From Chthoniobacteraceae bacterium (GTDB lineage Bacteria; Verrucomicrobiota; Verrucomicrobiia; Chthoniobacterales; Chthoniobacteraceae), in assembly GCA_031409655.1 (NCBI GenBank), contig JANNXQ010000170.1:43150-107149 (forward strand): a stretch of DNA of 64,000 nucleotides, given 5' to 3'. How positions within the stretch are numbered: the first letter of the stretch is position 1; every line of letters starts with the position of its first letter. The notes under the pieces were generated by a model. It searched no databases and was not told the origin of the DNA. It saw only the letters and a list, made by a program, of their open reading frames with translations. Shown here one piece after another: positions 30,101-37,788 of the stretch. The position numbers and the translations under genes are program-made.

Positions 30101-31526
30101 CGGGAATAATGCCAACGTGATCCCGTCGGTCCAGGTGCTGCCAACTGCAAACAAGGGACAAGCCTATTTCGATTTCACCAGTGGCACAGCCAATGGCCTG
30201 GCTGGTTTCGACCAAACGGTCCGATCGGTCGCCACTTCCACGTCGTATGATATCCCCAGCGCGGTAGGTAATACGGCAACGGCGCCCAACATCAATGGGA
30301 ATGCCTCCGGGACGACCTTCACGATCACCGCGCCGGATACCACGGCGCGCAGTGGAAACCTGAGGGTCTCGCGCTTCCCCAGTAGCTACCAGAGCACGGG
30401 CCGGGCTGGCGTCATCACGATCGACACTTCATATGGTGGGTCCGGTACGTTCGGACAGCAGGCAGATCATGGACTGTCCGTTGGGGACGCCATGTTCCTC
30501 AATTTCTACGGATCGCGGGATACGACTTCGTTTAACGAAACCTCCACGGAGAACGATCTCGTCTATACCGTTGCGAGCGTTCCCGATGCGAATACCTTCA
30601 CGGTCGCGGCACGGGATGCAGCCAATGCGGCGATGAACAGTGGCAACGAAGTCATCGTGTTCCCGCTCGAGGCGCAGCCTTTGGTTCGCAACGGGACAAT
30701 CTCCGCGCGTCCCTCCACCTTTGCGATGAGCAACACGGACGGGGACCTTCAGCAGACGCCACTGAACTCGACGACGGTGTTCAACTTCTTCCTGCCCGAC
30801 TACAAGTACGCCGGGACGCTGGCTTCGCAGGGCATCACCACTCCGGAGTTCCAGATCACGTCAGAGACCACGGCCATGCGTCAGGCAAACTTCCTCTTCA
30901 ATGGTGTTTTCAATCCTTCAGGGAGCACCACCGGGGTCAGTAGCTTTAAGTCTGGAACTCACGCGTTGGTCATGGACCTGAGCCGTTGGATGAACGGCAA
31001 CGCGGCAAACTTGGGCCTCGGCGTCCCAACCAGCACCTTGGTGCCGTGGACGCAGAATCAAAACCTCGCTGAACTTATCAACCAGCTCAGTACGCTGCTG
31101 ATGGCCGGGCGCCTGCCGCAACCGGCCAAGGATATCATCAAGAACTTCATCGCCACGCCGATCACCTCCATCGGCACCGGCAATCCATGCTTGGTGACGA
31201 CGACTGTTGCGCACGGGTTGAAGACTGGTGATGTCGTACTTGTCAGCGGCGTCGCGGACGGAACGTTTGGTGGTGTCGCAAACAGCTTGAATAACACGAA
31301 CACCACGCGGGCCGTGACGGTGACGGGACCGACCGACGGAACCTCGACAACGTTCACGATTCCGTTGAGTTGCACGATTGCCCCGACTGGTCTGACCAAC
31401 GCCCATGTCTCGGTGATTCCCTACAATCAGGGTGACACGACTCCTAACGTCACCGACAAGCTCGGTCGCTTGCGCACCATCATCCATCTTATCCTCACCA
31501 GCCCCGATTACACCATCCAGCGATAG
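24111..31526 (+). CDS. Giant secreted multidomain DUF1800-family protein, copy 2 (same scaffold, 9 beta modules)
   Basis: Signal peptide MSRFTRFLAALAASFALIPTGRA; same domain order and motifs as copy 1 (PNENYAREIKQLF, GKQREPIMR, HLILTSPDYTIQR). Confidence 0.9.
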   Translation: MSRFTRFLAALAASFALIPTGRAALDVSPADGIPDIWALVQGVSVLTPAGDDDGDGQTNVAEAAAGTNPKNATEVLKIKSITKSGSNVTLIFPAILSKKYEVQGATTLTTTPPTNFVTIGSPFVPGADGDYTAVVAAGSAKFFRVLVSDLDTDNDGLSNYEERMIGLNPLLADSDGDTVSDLNYVTAQLALADTLSIRALESIASEDGPTSGEFEVYRSRSLFTINVPYDVGGTATVSTDYAALAGSVTLARTFTSAKFNVNPNPDSIVEGSESVQVTLTPPPGGLSSQYLLGSPSVATVIITDKTTPVGTGLTARYYDHANTIYAHAANFGDAASYAYTRSGTTPNFTGSVVITPTGLTPDRLTTVLAAVTVNGQVKLSFNGGNLNTAVYNHQNYTVTAKNATSFTCTVPPGASLPGSSSSTCNFSIQPLHPAVIDRIDTVVNNDWAYGTPNGVTLATHGAPRLANFPDDYSASFETYLVPTTTGSYRFQFDADDKARVLLDTGSGLVEILEHGWDGATTPETIGVFKVSAASYTLTAGQRYKMRVEHVETTGDARCRLQWSRDLGGFVNIPQAEQITQTQAATYVFNKLTTTTGTAVITLTSHGLNNGDPVTLAFSTSNLFTPASYSGNYTVANATTNTFEVAIADPVAVPNTVAAGQGCFLENRPLSTTTGVFNRTYAGTAFAGFPLRVGVDGAVTTGNNGIWGSGTPDVGLVSPSTYINPDTFSIRWTGQVQPQFTEEYTFVVHADEGSTLKINGQTQEMQAAPSSIVGGSTYLYDNATGNTVINYSGNAVKPGGFIVGETIRLDPSTGNLTHPNGSTYSYDSVTGLAVIDFSNLTSVLPNGFGVGRIVEIDPTGGTASALANARYTITAATATTFTVSFGVGAFAPQAVAPTATINVTDNRNAVITAVHATGTGTYAYSSTTGDAVIDYTGLGIPNNTVTVGQSVALDPSSGNLSTLPNAFATVTAATATTFTVNYGTSFTTGNGNVVIIAPSNGLVDPAVTTAFTVNFEPAKYANASIGTMNVEVINKPLKEWSSMGNERYVRIPVVGGTRYDIQLDTYENTSYARAILYWYSPSQTKQVIPTERLYPTSVPQAPVAHAGATEAAAVVGSAFNYLVGGTNGSSVTVSGLPAGLTYNAGVISGTATTAGDYQVLLTITNGVGTSTSVLNLHVEAPAGSIVREHWNGVAGTAVANLSTEIAAGTPPTGTTNLSSLEGPTDFGDNYGARIRGYITAPVTGNYYFWIAASNAAELWISNDDEPVSALKRASVATGNTTPRTWSGEVKQKSPWLALEAGQRYYVEILHKAGTGAGDNLAVGWRKPGETGTAPSEVVPGNVLSPYVAPAPGSTPGTLYVATMLAQNGAVTKGVGVATFRLSDDDNVAYIKFDRQGFLNPPYNGLTGIMTDWHVHNDPYLTRPSSIMFDPNAPPANSGLQPDGSFKWTIPNLVGTIPKAEVVELIKQGKAYINIHTTAYLNGEIRGNFTLASGTRTFTPPPAPPAWTDDSSTNDGASRFLAQASFGANIADITALKALAATGAVPTAGIPASRYDKWIDNQFLVGATQHLPEVLAREYGNVFGPFDVSLSFNAWWKASMTAPDQLRQRVAFALSEIHVVSGQGPLEDNARAISDFYDTLATNAFGNFRDIVVGTTLTPGMGRYLDMLRNDKPDISVGRSPNENYAREIKQLFTIGLYEMWPDGSLKLTSKDAPIDTYTQREIVGLSHVFTGWDYAYDGAYRTAFGATADWTRPMREIPARHFTGQKRVLNNEVLPGLSTVGGQPLDPNATHITTHFNDPAYQALAAQELTAAHDMLFNHPNVGPFICRQLIQRLVTANPSRDYLYRVVQKFNDNGSGVRGDMKAVIKAILLDYEARSTGQFAIPAYGKQREPIMRVAQAARALRPNNVTGTYTQNNSNLITIATSTSHLLTDGESVFLEFADATAAGAQPAPTTGSYIVNVINATSYTIDAPGWMVGSYNQSAGSNVMTITMSGHYLPGNNANVIPSVQVLPTANKGQAYFDFTSGTANGLAGFDQTVRSVATSTSYDIPSAVGNTATAPNINGNASGTTFTITAPDTTARSGNLRVSRFPSSYQSTGRAGVITIDTSYGGSGTFGQQADHGLSVGDAMFLNFYGSRDTTSFNETSTENDLVYTVASVPDANTFTVAARDAANAAMNSGNEVIVFPLEAQPLVRNGTISARPSTFAMSNTDGDLQQTPLNSTTVFNFFLPDYKYAGTLASQGITTPEFQITSETTAMRQANFLFNGVFNPSGSTTGVSSFKSGTHALVMDLSRWMNGNAANLGLGVPTSTLVPWTQNQNLAELINQLSTLLMAGRLPQPAKDIIKNFIATPITSIGTGNPCLVTTTVAHGLKTGDVVLVSGVADGTFGGVANSLNNTNTTRAVTVTGPTDGTSTTFTIPLSCTIAPTGLTNAHVSVIPYNQGDTTPNVTDKLGRLRTIIHLILTSPDYTIQR

Positions 31527-31531
31527 CCCGT

Positions 31532-33019
31532 ATGAGAACCGACCAAGATCCCAAACTTACGAATCGCAGAGATTTCATCCGGCAGGCCTCCTGTGCCGCA
31601 GTCGGCTCGCTGGCGCTCAAGAGCACCATCCGGGATCTGCGCCTGATCAATTCCGCGCTCGCCGTGCAGCCCGCATTGACTGGCTACAAAGCACTGGTCT
31701 GCGTGTTTCTCAGTGGGGGAAATGACTCGAACAACTGGATCGTCCCGACCGATCCTACGACGTTCGCGGATTACACCTCCATCCGCGGCAATCTCGCGCT
31801 CGCGCAGCCGTCTTTGCTCCCCTTGTGGGCGAACGCGGCTGGCACCATACCCTACACGGACTCTGATGGTCACACGTATGGCTTCCATCCCAGTTGTCCG
31901 GAACTCCAGACCCTCTTTAAGGAAGACAAGCTGGCCGTAGTCCTCAATGTGGGAACCATCGTGCGCCCGACCACTCGCACACAGTATCTGTCCGGCCTCC
32001 AAGCGTATCGGCCGCCACAGCTTTTTTCGCACAGTGATCAGGTCACGCAGTGGCAAACCTCGATCCCCGACGTTCCCCCGACCACGGGGTGGGGCGGTCG
32101 TGTCGCCGATCTCGTCAATGCCGCAGCGTCGAATCCGTCGAATAGCATCTCCATGTCCGTCTCCGTCAGCGGGGCGAACACCTTCGAGATCGGAAACCTC
32201 ATCTCACAATACCAAGTCTCCACCACCGGGGCAGTGGTCCTGACGGGAGACACGCTGATGACGAGCGGCGGTCCACGTTCGCGCGCTTTCCAGGCGATCG
32301 CCCGTCTTTCCGACATCAATTTGCAGCGGACGGCAGTGGCCGATGTGACCAAGAATGCGATCGCAAAGGGCGATCTGCTCAACGCCAACATTTCTGACAC
32401 AGCGCTCGATACGTATTGGAATGTTCCATTCCCCAATACGACCCTTGGCAATGAATTGAAGATGGTCGCCCGCCTGATCCAGGCGCGCGGATCGACGAAA
32501 TTCAACATGAAGCGTCAGATCTTCTTCACGTCGGTCGGCGGGTACGACACGCATACTTCGCAGGTCTCGGTGAATGGACAAGACCAGCCGGAGAGCCCGC
32601 AGGGCGCACATTACCGGCTCCTCGATGAGGTGAGCTCCTGTATGTTCGCGTTCCAGCGCGCGATGGAACAACTTGGCGAGTCGAACAATGTCACGGCATT
32701 CACGGCCAGCGATTTTGCCCGCACCCTTCCGACCAACAGCCAGGGCAGCGATCATGGCTGGGGCGGTCATCACATCATCGTGGGTGGCGCAGGCGGTGCC
32801 ACAGGCGCAGTGAAGGGCGGGAAGACCTACGGCCAACTGCCCGTGTTGGCGATCAATGGCCCGAATGACACCGGCCTGGGCCGCTGGATCCCGACCATTG
32901 CGGTCGATCAACATGCGGCCACGCTGGCGAAATGGTTCGGCGTGGATTCAACGGAGATGGATGCCATTTTCCCGAATCTAAATCGTTTCTCGACTCGAGA
33001 TCTGCTCTTCATGGCCTGA
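31532..33019 (+). CDS. Tat-exported DUF1501-family protein, copy 2
   Basis: NRRDFIRQASCAAVG; GGNDSNN, LFSHSDQ, GGYDTH, SDFART, GSDHGWG; colinear with copy 1. Confidence 0.92.
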   Translation: MRTDQDPKLTNRRDFIRQASCAAVGSLALKSTIRDLRLINSALAVQPALTGYKALVCVFLSGGNDSNNWIVPTDPTTFADYTSIRGNLALAQPSLLPLWANAAGTIPYTDSDGHTYGFHPSCPELQTLFKEDKLAVVLNVGTIVRPTTRTQYLSGLQAYRPPQLFSHSDQVTQWQTSIPDVPPTTGWGGRVADLVNAAASNPSNSISMSVSVSGANTFEIGNLISQYQVSTTGAVVLTGDTLMTSGGPRSRAFQAIARLSDINLQRTAVADVTKNAIAKGDLLNANISDTALDTYWNVPFPNTTLGNELKMVARLIQARGSTKFNMKRQIFFTSVGGYDTHTSQVSVNGQDQPESPQGAHYRLLDEVSSCMFAFQRAMEQLGESNNVTAFTASDFARTLPTNSQGSDHGWGGHHIIVGGAGGATGAVKGGKTYGQLPVLAINGPNDTGLGRWIPTIAVDQHAATLAKWFGVDSTEMDAIFPNLNRFSTRDLLFMA

Positions 33020-33165
33020 GCTGGGAAAATCTCTTTTATCGGGAGCGCTGAGGCCGGACAGTTCCGGGGCTCGGCAATTCGCCGAGGAAAACGCAGTAGT
33101 TTTAAGGTCGGGTACTTTCTTTCTTTGCCTGGCAACGGCTGCTAAGGTTTGAACCTCTGTAACAT

Positions 33166-33771
33166 ATGAAAGCAAAAGTCATCCTCCTCGTTTTGGTCCT
33201 CGGTGGAATTGTTCTGTGGCGCATGAATCGTCCGGCCCCGAGCGGATCGACTGAAGTAGTCCCCGCGGCTCCATCCGAGCATCAGGCTGGGGCGTCGAAG
33301 CCTGGATCTGTCCCGAACGCTGCCCCGGCACCTGCCATTCCTTCGGCTCCCGGTAGTACTCCTTCGCCGCAGGGTGCGGCGGTTCCTCCGCCTGCTCCTG
33401 CTCCGATGGCGAACGGGGGCGGAGCGATCACAGTTCCGCCGCCTTTGCCTGGTGCGGAGAACGTTGACGAACGGGAGGTTGCGGCCTCGGATGGAGAAAA
33501 TGTGCGGCTGATGTTGCGCGATTTCCGCACGGTGATGGGAGAGAACCCAGTGGGTAGCAACGCGGAGATCATGAAGGCGGTGATGGGCGGGAATCCGAAG
33601 CAGGCGAGACTGGGACCGCCGGCGGGGCAAAATCTGAACGGTGCGGGTGAACTCGTGGATCGCTGGGGCACGGCGTATTTCTTCCACCAGATGTCAGGAA
33701 CCGAAATGGAGATCCGGTCCGCGGGAGCGGATCGGAAGTTGTTCACGAGCGACGACGTGATCAGTCGCTAG
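33166..33771 (+). CDS. Membrane-anchored Pro/Ala-rich protein with a C-terminal GspG/T2SSG-like motif
   Basis: N-terminal TM helix, Pro-rich linker, LVDRWGTAYFF...EIRSAGADRKLFTSDDV resembling the pseudopilin C-terminal motif; no prepilin cleavage site. Confidence 0.65.
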   Translation: MKAKVILLVLVLGGIVLWRMNRPAPSGSTEVVPAAPSEHQAGASKPGSVPNAAPAPAIPSAPGSTPSPQGAAVPPPAPAPMANGGGAITVPPPLPGAENVDEREVAASDGENVRLMLRDFRTVMGENPVGSNAEIMKAVMGGNPKQARLGPPAGQNLNGAGELVDRWGTAYFFHQMSGTEMEIRSAGADRKLFTSDDVISR

Positions 33772-33840
33772 CGGGCGGCGCGGCCCGGGGCAGCCACACA
33801 GAAATTGCGGCGCGTGGGCAAACCTGCCACGCTCGACTTC

Positions 33841-35370
33841 ATGCCCCGCAAATCCCCCAGTGCGCTCAAGCCCGCGATCGTTCATCCAGTAGTTTTCACG
33901 AAGCCCGTTTCCGTCCGCGAGCGGACGCTCACTTTCGGCACAAAGTGGAGTTACGCGCCGGCCCCGGAGTCGGTGCCGGTGAAGATCGCGGCGCGATTCG
34001 AACTCTTCATCGACGGTAAATTTGTCGCCCCGCGGAGCGGACGCTATTTCCCGTCCATCAATCCCTCGACGGAAAAGCCGCTGGCGGAAATCGCGGAAGC
34101 GGATGCGAGTGATGTGAATGCTGCGGTGCTCGCCGCGCGGCGCGCGTTCAAGGACTGGAGCGGGTTGCCGGGCCGCGAGCGGGGGAAGTATCTCTACCGC
34201 ATTGCTCGTATCCTTCAGGAAAAAGCGCGCGAACTGGCGGTGGCCGAGACGATGGATGGTGGCAAGCCGATCAAAGAATCGCGCGACTTCGACCTGCCGC
34301 AGTGCGCAGCGCATTTCTTCTACTACGCGGGATGGGCGGACAAACTCGACTACGCCTTCCCCGGTCGAAAGGCCGCGCCGGTTGGGGTGTGTGGACAGAT
34401 CATCCCGTGGAATTTTCCGCTGCTCATGGCGGCGTGGAAACTTGCGCCGGCGCTGGCTTGCGGAAATACCTGCGTGCTCAAGCCAGCCGAGACCACGAGC
34501 ATCACGGCGCTGCTGCTCGCGCAGATCTTGCAGGAAGCGGAGTTGCCGCCGGGCGTGGTGAATATCATCACCGGCGCGGGCGAGACTGGGCGGGCGCTTG
34601 TCGAGCATCCCGATGTGGACAAGATCGCCTTCACGGGTTCCACGGATGTCGGCAAGCTCATCGCGAAATCCACGGCGGCCACGCACAAGAAGCTCACGCT
34701 CGAGCTCGGTGGAAAAGCGGCGCATCTGGTTTTCGAAGACGCGCCGATCGACCAGGCGGTGGAAGGAGTTATCGGCGGCATCTTCTTCAATCAAGGCCAC
34801 GTCTGCTGCGCCGGCTCGCGCCTGCTCGTGCAGGAGGGCATCTACCGGACCGTGCTGCGCAAATTGCGTGATCGCATCGCCGCGCTGCGCGTCGGCGATC
34901 CGATGGACAAGAACACCGACATCGGCGCGATCAATTCGCGTCCGCAGCTTGAGAAGATTCAATCACTCGTGGACGCGGGCGTGGCCGAGGGCGGCGAACT
35001 CATCCAGTCTGCATGTGCGCTGCCGAAGCGCGGCTACTGGTTCCCGCCGAGCCTCATCACCGGCGTCACCGCGAGCCACCGCGTCGCGCAGGAGGAAATC
35101 TTCGGACCCGTGCTGAGTGTGATGACCTTTCGCACGCCGGAGGAAGCGATCGAGCGCGCAAACAATACGCCCTTCGGTCTCAGTGCCGGGGTCTGGACGG
35201 ACAAGGGCTCGAAGATTTTCAAGATGGTCTCAAAGCTCCGGGCCGGAGTGGTGTGGGCGAACACTTACAACAAGTTCGATCCCACGAGCCCCTTCGGCGG
35301 CTACAAGGAAAGCGGCTTCGGCCGGGAAGGCGGCGTCCACGGGCTGCTGCCGTATGTGCGGCTGAGCTGA
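33841..35370 (+). CDS. NAD-dependent aldehyde dehydrogenase
   Basis: IIPWNFPLLM, LKPAETT, FTGSTDVG, LELGGK, FNQGHVCCAGSR, EEIFGPV, PFGGYKESGFGREGG. Confidence 0.95.
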   Translation: MPRKSPSALKPAIVHPVVFTKPVSVRERTLTFGTKWSYAPAPESVPVKIAARFELFIDGKFVAPRSGRYFPSINPSTEKPLAEIAEADASDVNAAVLAARRAFKDWSGLPGRERGKYLYRIARILQEKARELAVAETMDGGKPIKESRDFDLPQCAAHFFYYAGWADKLDYAFPGRKAAPVGVCGQIIPWNFPLLMAAWKLAPALACGNTCVLKPAETTSITALLLAQILQEAELPPGVVNIITGAGETGRALVEHPDVDKIAFTGSTDVGKLIAKSTAATHKKLTLELGGKAAHLVFEDAPIDQAVEGVIGGIFFNQGHVCCAGSRLLVQEGIYRTVLRKLRDRIAALRVGDPMDKNTDIGAINSRPQLEKIQSLVDAGVAEGGELIQSACALPKRGYWFPPSLITGVTASHRVAQEEIFGPVLSVMTFRTPEEAIERANNTPFGLSAGVWTDKGSKIFKMVSKLRAGVVWANTYNKFDPTSPFGGYKESGFGREGGVHGLLPYVRLS

Positions 35371-35374
35371 GGGA

Positions 35375-35470
35375 GGAGCGGCGATCATCCTGGCGCGGGT
35401 GCAAGCTGGTGCGGGAGGGAGAGTGGCGCTGCGCGCGAAGGTCGAACGGCGACAAAAATGTCGCCGCTCT
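35375..35470. repeat. Degenerate inverted REP-like pair / hairpin between convergent genes
   Basis: Hairpin cggcgaca-aaaa-tgtcgccg (35447-35466); its minus-strand read gagcggcgacatttttgtcgccg resembles ggagcggcgatcatcctggcgcg at 35375. Confidence 0.45.
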
Positions 35471-35474
35471 TGGG

Positions 35475-37679
35475 TCAAGCGAGCGCGAGTTTCTTGCACT
35501 TTGCGAGGTCGAGTTTGCCGCTTCCGAGCACCGGGATTTGCTCGATGCGTTTGATCTTTCTCGGGATCCAGAGATTCGGGAGTCCGGCGGCCGTGAGTTT
35601 TTCACGCAGTTCGGCGGCGTCGATGTCGCGCGTCGTGAGGACGACGAGCGCCTCGCCTTTCGCTTCGTCAGGGATGCCAGCGATGGCAATGGTGCGCTCG
35701 TCTTTCGGGAGCGCGAGCACTTCGCCGATCTTCTGCTCCACGGTTTCGTGCGGGACCATTTCGCCGCCGATTTTCGAGAAGCGCGAGAGCCGACCTTCGA
35801 TGATGCAGAAGCCGTCGTCGTCGAAGCGCGCGAGGTCGCCGGTCTTGAACCAGCGATCGACGAGCACGTCGGCGGTGCGTTTGGGATCGTCGAGGTAGCC
35901 CTCGAAAATGTTTGGCCCGCGCAGCCAGAGCATGCCGGTTTCGTGCAGGGAAAGTTTTTCGTCGGTCTCGGGATGGCGGATTTGCGCGGCGATGCCGGGC
36001 GCGAGCTTGCCGACGGTGCCGCGCCGATTCGATGGCTGGACAGTGTCCGTAGGACGGCTGGCCTTCGGCTCGGGGAGGTTCACGGCGGCGACGGGCGCCG
36101 TCTCGGTGAGGCCGTAGCCTTGCAGGAGTTCCTTGCCGAAGCGCTCCTCGAAGGCGACGGCGAGATCGTTGGGCAGCTTCTCTGCACCAGTGACGATGAA
36201 GACGAGCGATTGCAATTTCGCCGGCTCCACTTTCCGCAGATAGCCGCGGAGGAAAGTGGGCGTGCTGCAAAAGAAGGTGACGCCGTAACGTTGGATGAGG
36301 TCAGCGTTTTTGGTGATCTCCAGCGGGTTCGGATACGTGACCGAGCGGACGCCTTCGATGAGCGGATACCAGAGCGTGACGGTGCAGCCGAAGCTGTGGA
36401 AGAAAGGCAGGCACGCGAGCACGGTGTCGCTGCGCTTGAGATCGAGCATGAGGGCGAATTGCGAGACGTTGCTGAGCACATTGCGATGGCTGAGCACCAC
36501 CCCCTTGGGCTCGCCGCTCGAGCCGCTGGTGAAAAGGACGGTCGCTTCTTCGCGGTCGCCAGTGCGCGGCAGGCCAAGCACTGCGGCGAGCAATGACGCC
36601 GGCAGCAGCGCCACCACGCAGCGCCAGCCAATGATCTGCGGCTTGAGCGCGGGCATCACGGCTTCGAGATGGAGCAGATGCATCGGCCAGGGGAATTCGG
36701 CGAGCTTCTTCACCACGGCGTGCGCAGTGATGCAGTCGTGGACCTGCCCGATACGGAGCGCAGCCTCCACGGAACTCCGGCCGGCGGTGAAGTTCAGATT
36801 CACCGGCACCTTGCCGGCGAGCGTCACCGCGAGGTTGGCGATCACCGCGGCCTTGCCGGGCGGCAGCACGATGCCGATGCGTCGCGCGCTGCATTTCTCC
36901 TTAACATGCCGTGAAAGGGCGATGGCGGCGGCGAGCAGGGAGCCGCCGCTGAGCGCGCTGTGGTCGGTGCCGTCGATGACGGCGGTGTGCCACTGATTCT
37001 TCTTCAGTCCGCGCAGGCAGGCGCGCGCGAGGTGGCCTCCGAGATCGGGCCGCTGCTGGTAGCAAAATTCCCCGAGTGCCAGGAAATGCTCCCGCACCGT
37101 GGCGATGTCCGCCTGCTCCGCCGCGATCGGTTCTCCGAAGGCGACCGTGACCGGATAGGGCAGCCGGCGCGGCCACTTGAAGAAATATTTCCCCTCTACG
37201 AAGGAGAAGACCGAGCCCCAGAGCCGATCCAGCCAGACCGGAACGACGGGGCAGTCTGCCGTGCGCGCGATGAGTTCGTAGCCACGTTTGAGCTTGAGCA
37301 GCATCCCGGTGCGGGAGAGTTCGCCTTCGGGAAAAATGCAGACGATTTCGCCCGCCTTGATGGCGTCCGCAGCATCGCGCACGGCGTCCTTGGCGCGCTT
37401 CGCAGAGATCGGCAGCGCGCCCACTGCGCGGAAGACCGGATTGAGCCAGCGCGTCTTGAAAATCTCCGCATCGATGACGAAGCGGATCGGGCGCGGGCAG
37501 GCGATCTGGAGCATCGCGGCGTCGATCCAGGAGAGATGATTTGGCAGCAGCAGGAAGCCGCCGGGCGGCAGCCAGTGCTGGCCAAATGGAGTGACGCGAT
37601 AGAACAGCGAAGCCACGAGCCTCCCGAGCCCGCGGACGAAGCCGCCGGCGACGGAAGAGGATGGGGAAGGATTTTCCAC
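35475..37679 (-). CDS. aas: Bifunctional lysophospholipid acyltransferase / acyl-ACP synthetase (Aas-type), without a fused MFS domain
   Basis: PlsC motifs NHLSWID and FPEGELSRTG; AMP-binding motifs LFTSGSSGEPKG, QGYGLTE, WFKTGD, GRLSRFSKIGGEMV, GSGKLD. GTG start at 37679 inferred. Confidence 0.88.
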   Translation of the reverse strand: MENPSPSSSVAGGFVRGLGRLVASLFYRVTPFGQHWLPPGGFLLLPNHLSWIDAAMLQIACPRPIRFVIDAEIFKTRWLNPVFRAVGALPISAKRAKDAVRDAADAIKAGEIVCIFPEGELSRTGMLLKLKRGYELIARTADCPVVPVWLDRLWGSVFSFVEGKYFFKWPRRLPYPVTVAFGEPIAAEQADIATVREHFLALGEFCYQQRPDLGGHLARACLRGLKKNQWHTAVIDGTDHSALSGGSLLAAAIALSRHVKEKCSARRIGIVLPPGKAAVIANLAVTLAGKVPVNLNFTAGRSSVEAALRIGQVHDCITAHAVVKKLAEFPWPMHLLHLEAVMPALKPQIIGWRCVVALLPASLLAAVLGLPRTGDREEATVLFTSGSSGEPKGVVLSHRNVLSNVSQFALMLDLKRSDTVLACLPFFHSFGCTVTLWYPLIEGVRSVTYPNPLEITKNADLIQRYGVTFFCSTPTFLRGYLRKVEPAKLQSLVFIVTGAEKLPNDLAVAFEERFGKELLQGYGLTETAPVAAVNLPEPKASRPTDTVQPSNRRGTVGKLAPGIAAQIRHPETDEKLSLHETGMLWLRGPNIFEGYLDDPKRTADVLVDRWFKTGDLARFDDDGFCIIEGRLSRFSKIGGEMVPHETVEQKIGEVLALPKDERTIAIAGIPDEAKGEALVVLTTRDIDAAELREKLTAAGLPNLWIPRKIKRIEQIPVLGSGKLDLAKCKKLALA

Positions 37680-37788
37680 GGGCGGCAACCTAGTCGGGAA
37701 TGTCGCGGGAGCGCAACGCAGCGTGGAATGAAGATCGGGGGCGCTGCGCATTGGACTAAAGCCCAAACTACTTTCAGACTTTCGACCC

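Noticed and set aside
27396..30215. 939-aa minus-strand ORF within giant protein 2
   Set aside because: Antisense shadow of a motif-rich gene; no recognisable motifs; long shadow ORFs are expected at high GC.
16357..31415. Inserted modules as inteins or diversity-generating retroelement targets
   Set aside because: No intein splice-junction motifs (C/S start with HN-C/S/T end), no reverse transcriptase, and no near-identical repeat pair differing only at adenines was seen.
33841..35370. ALDH as part of a deoxyribose (deoC) operon
   Set aside because: The N-terminal YAPAPES motif resembles that subfamily, but no deoC or partner ALDH is adjacent, so no substrate is assigned.
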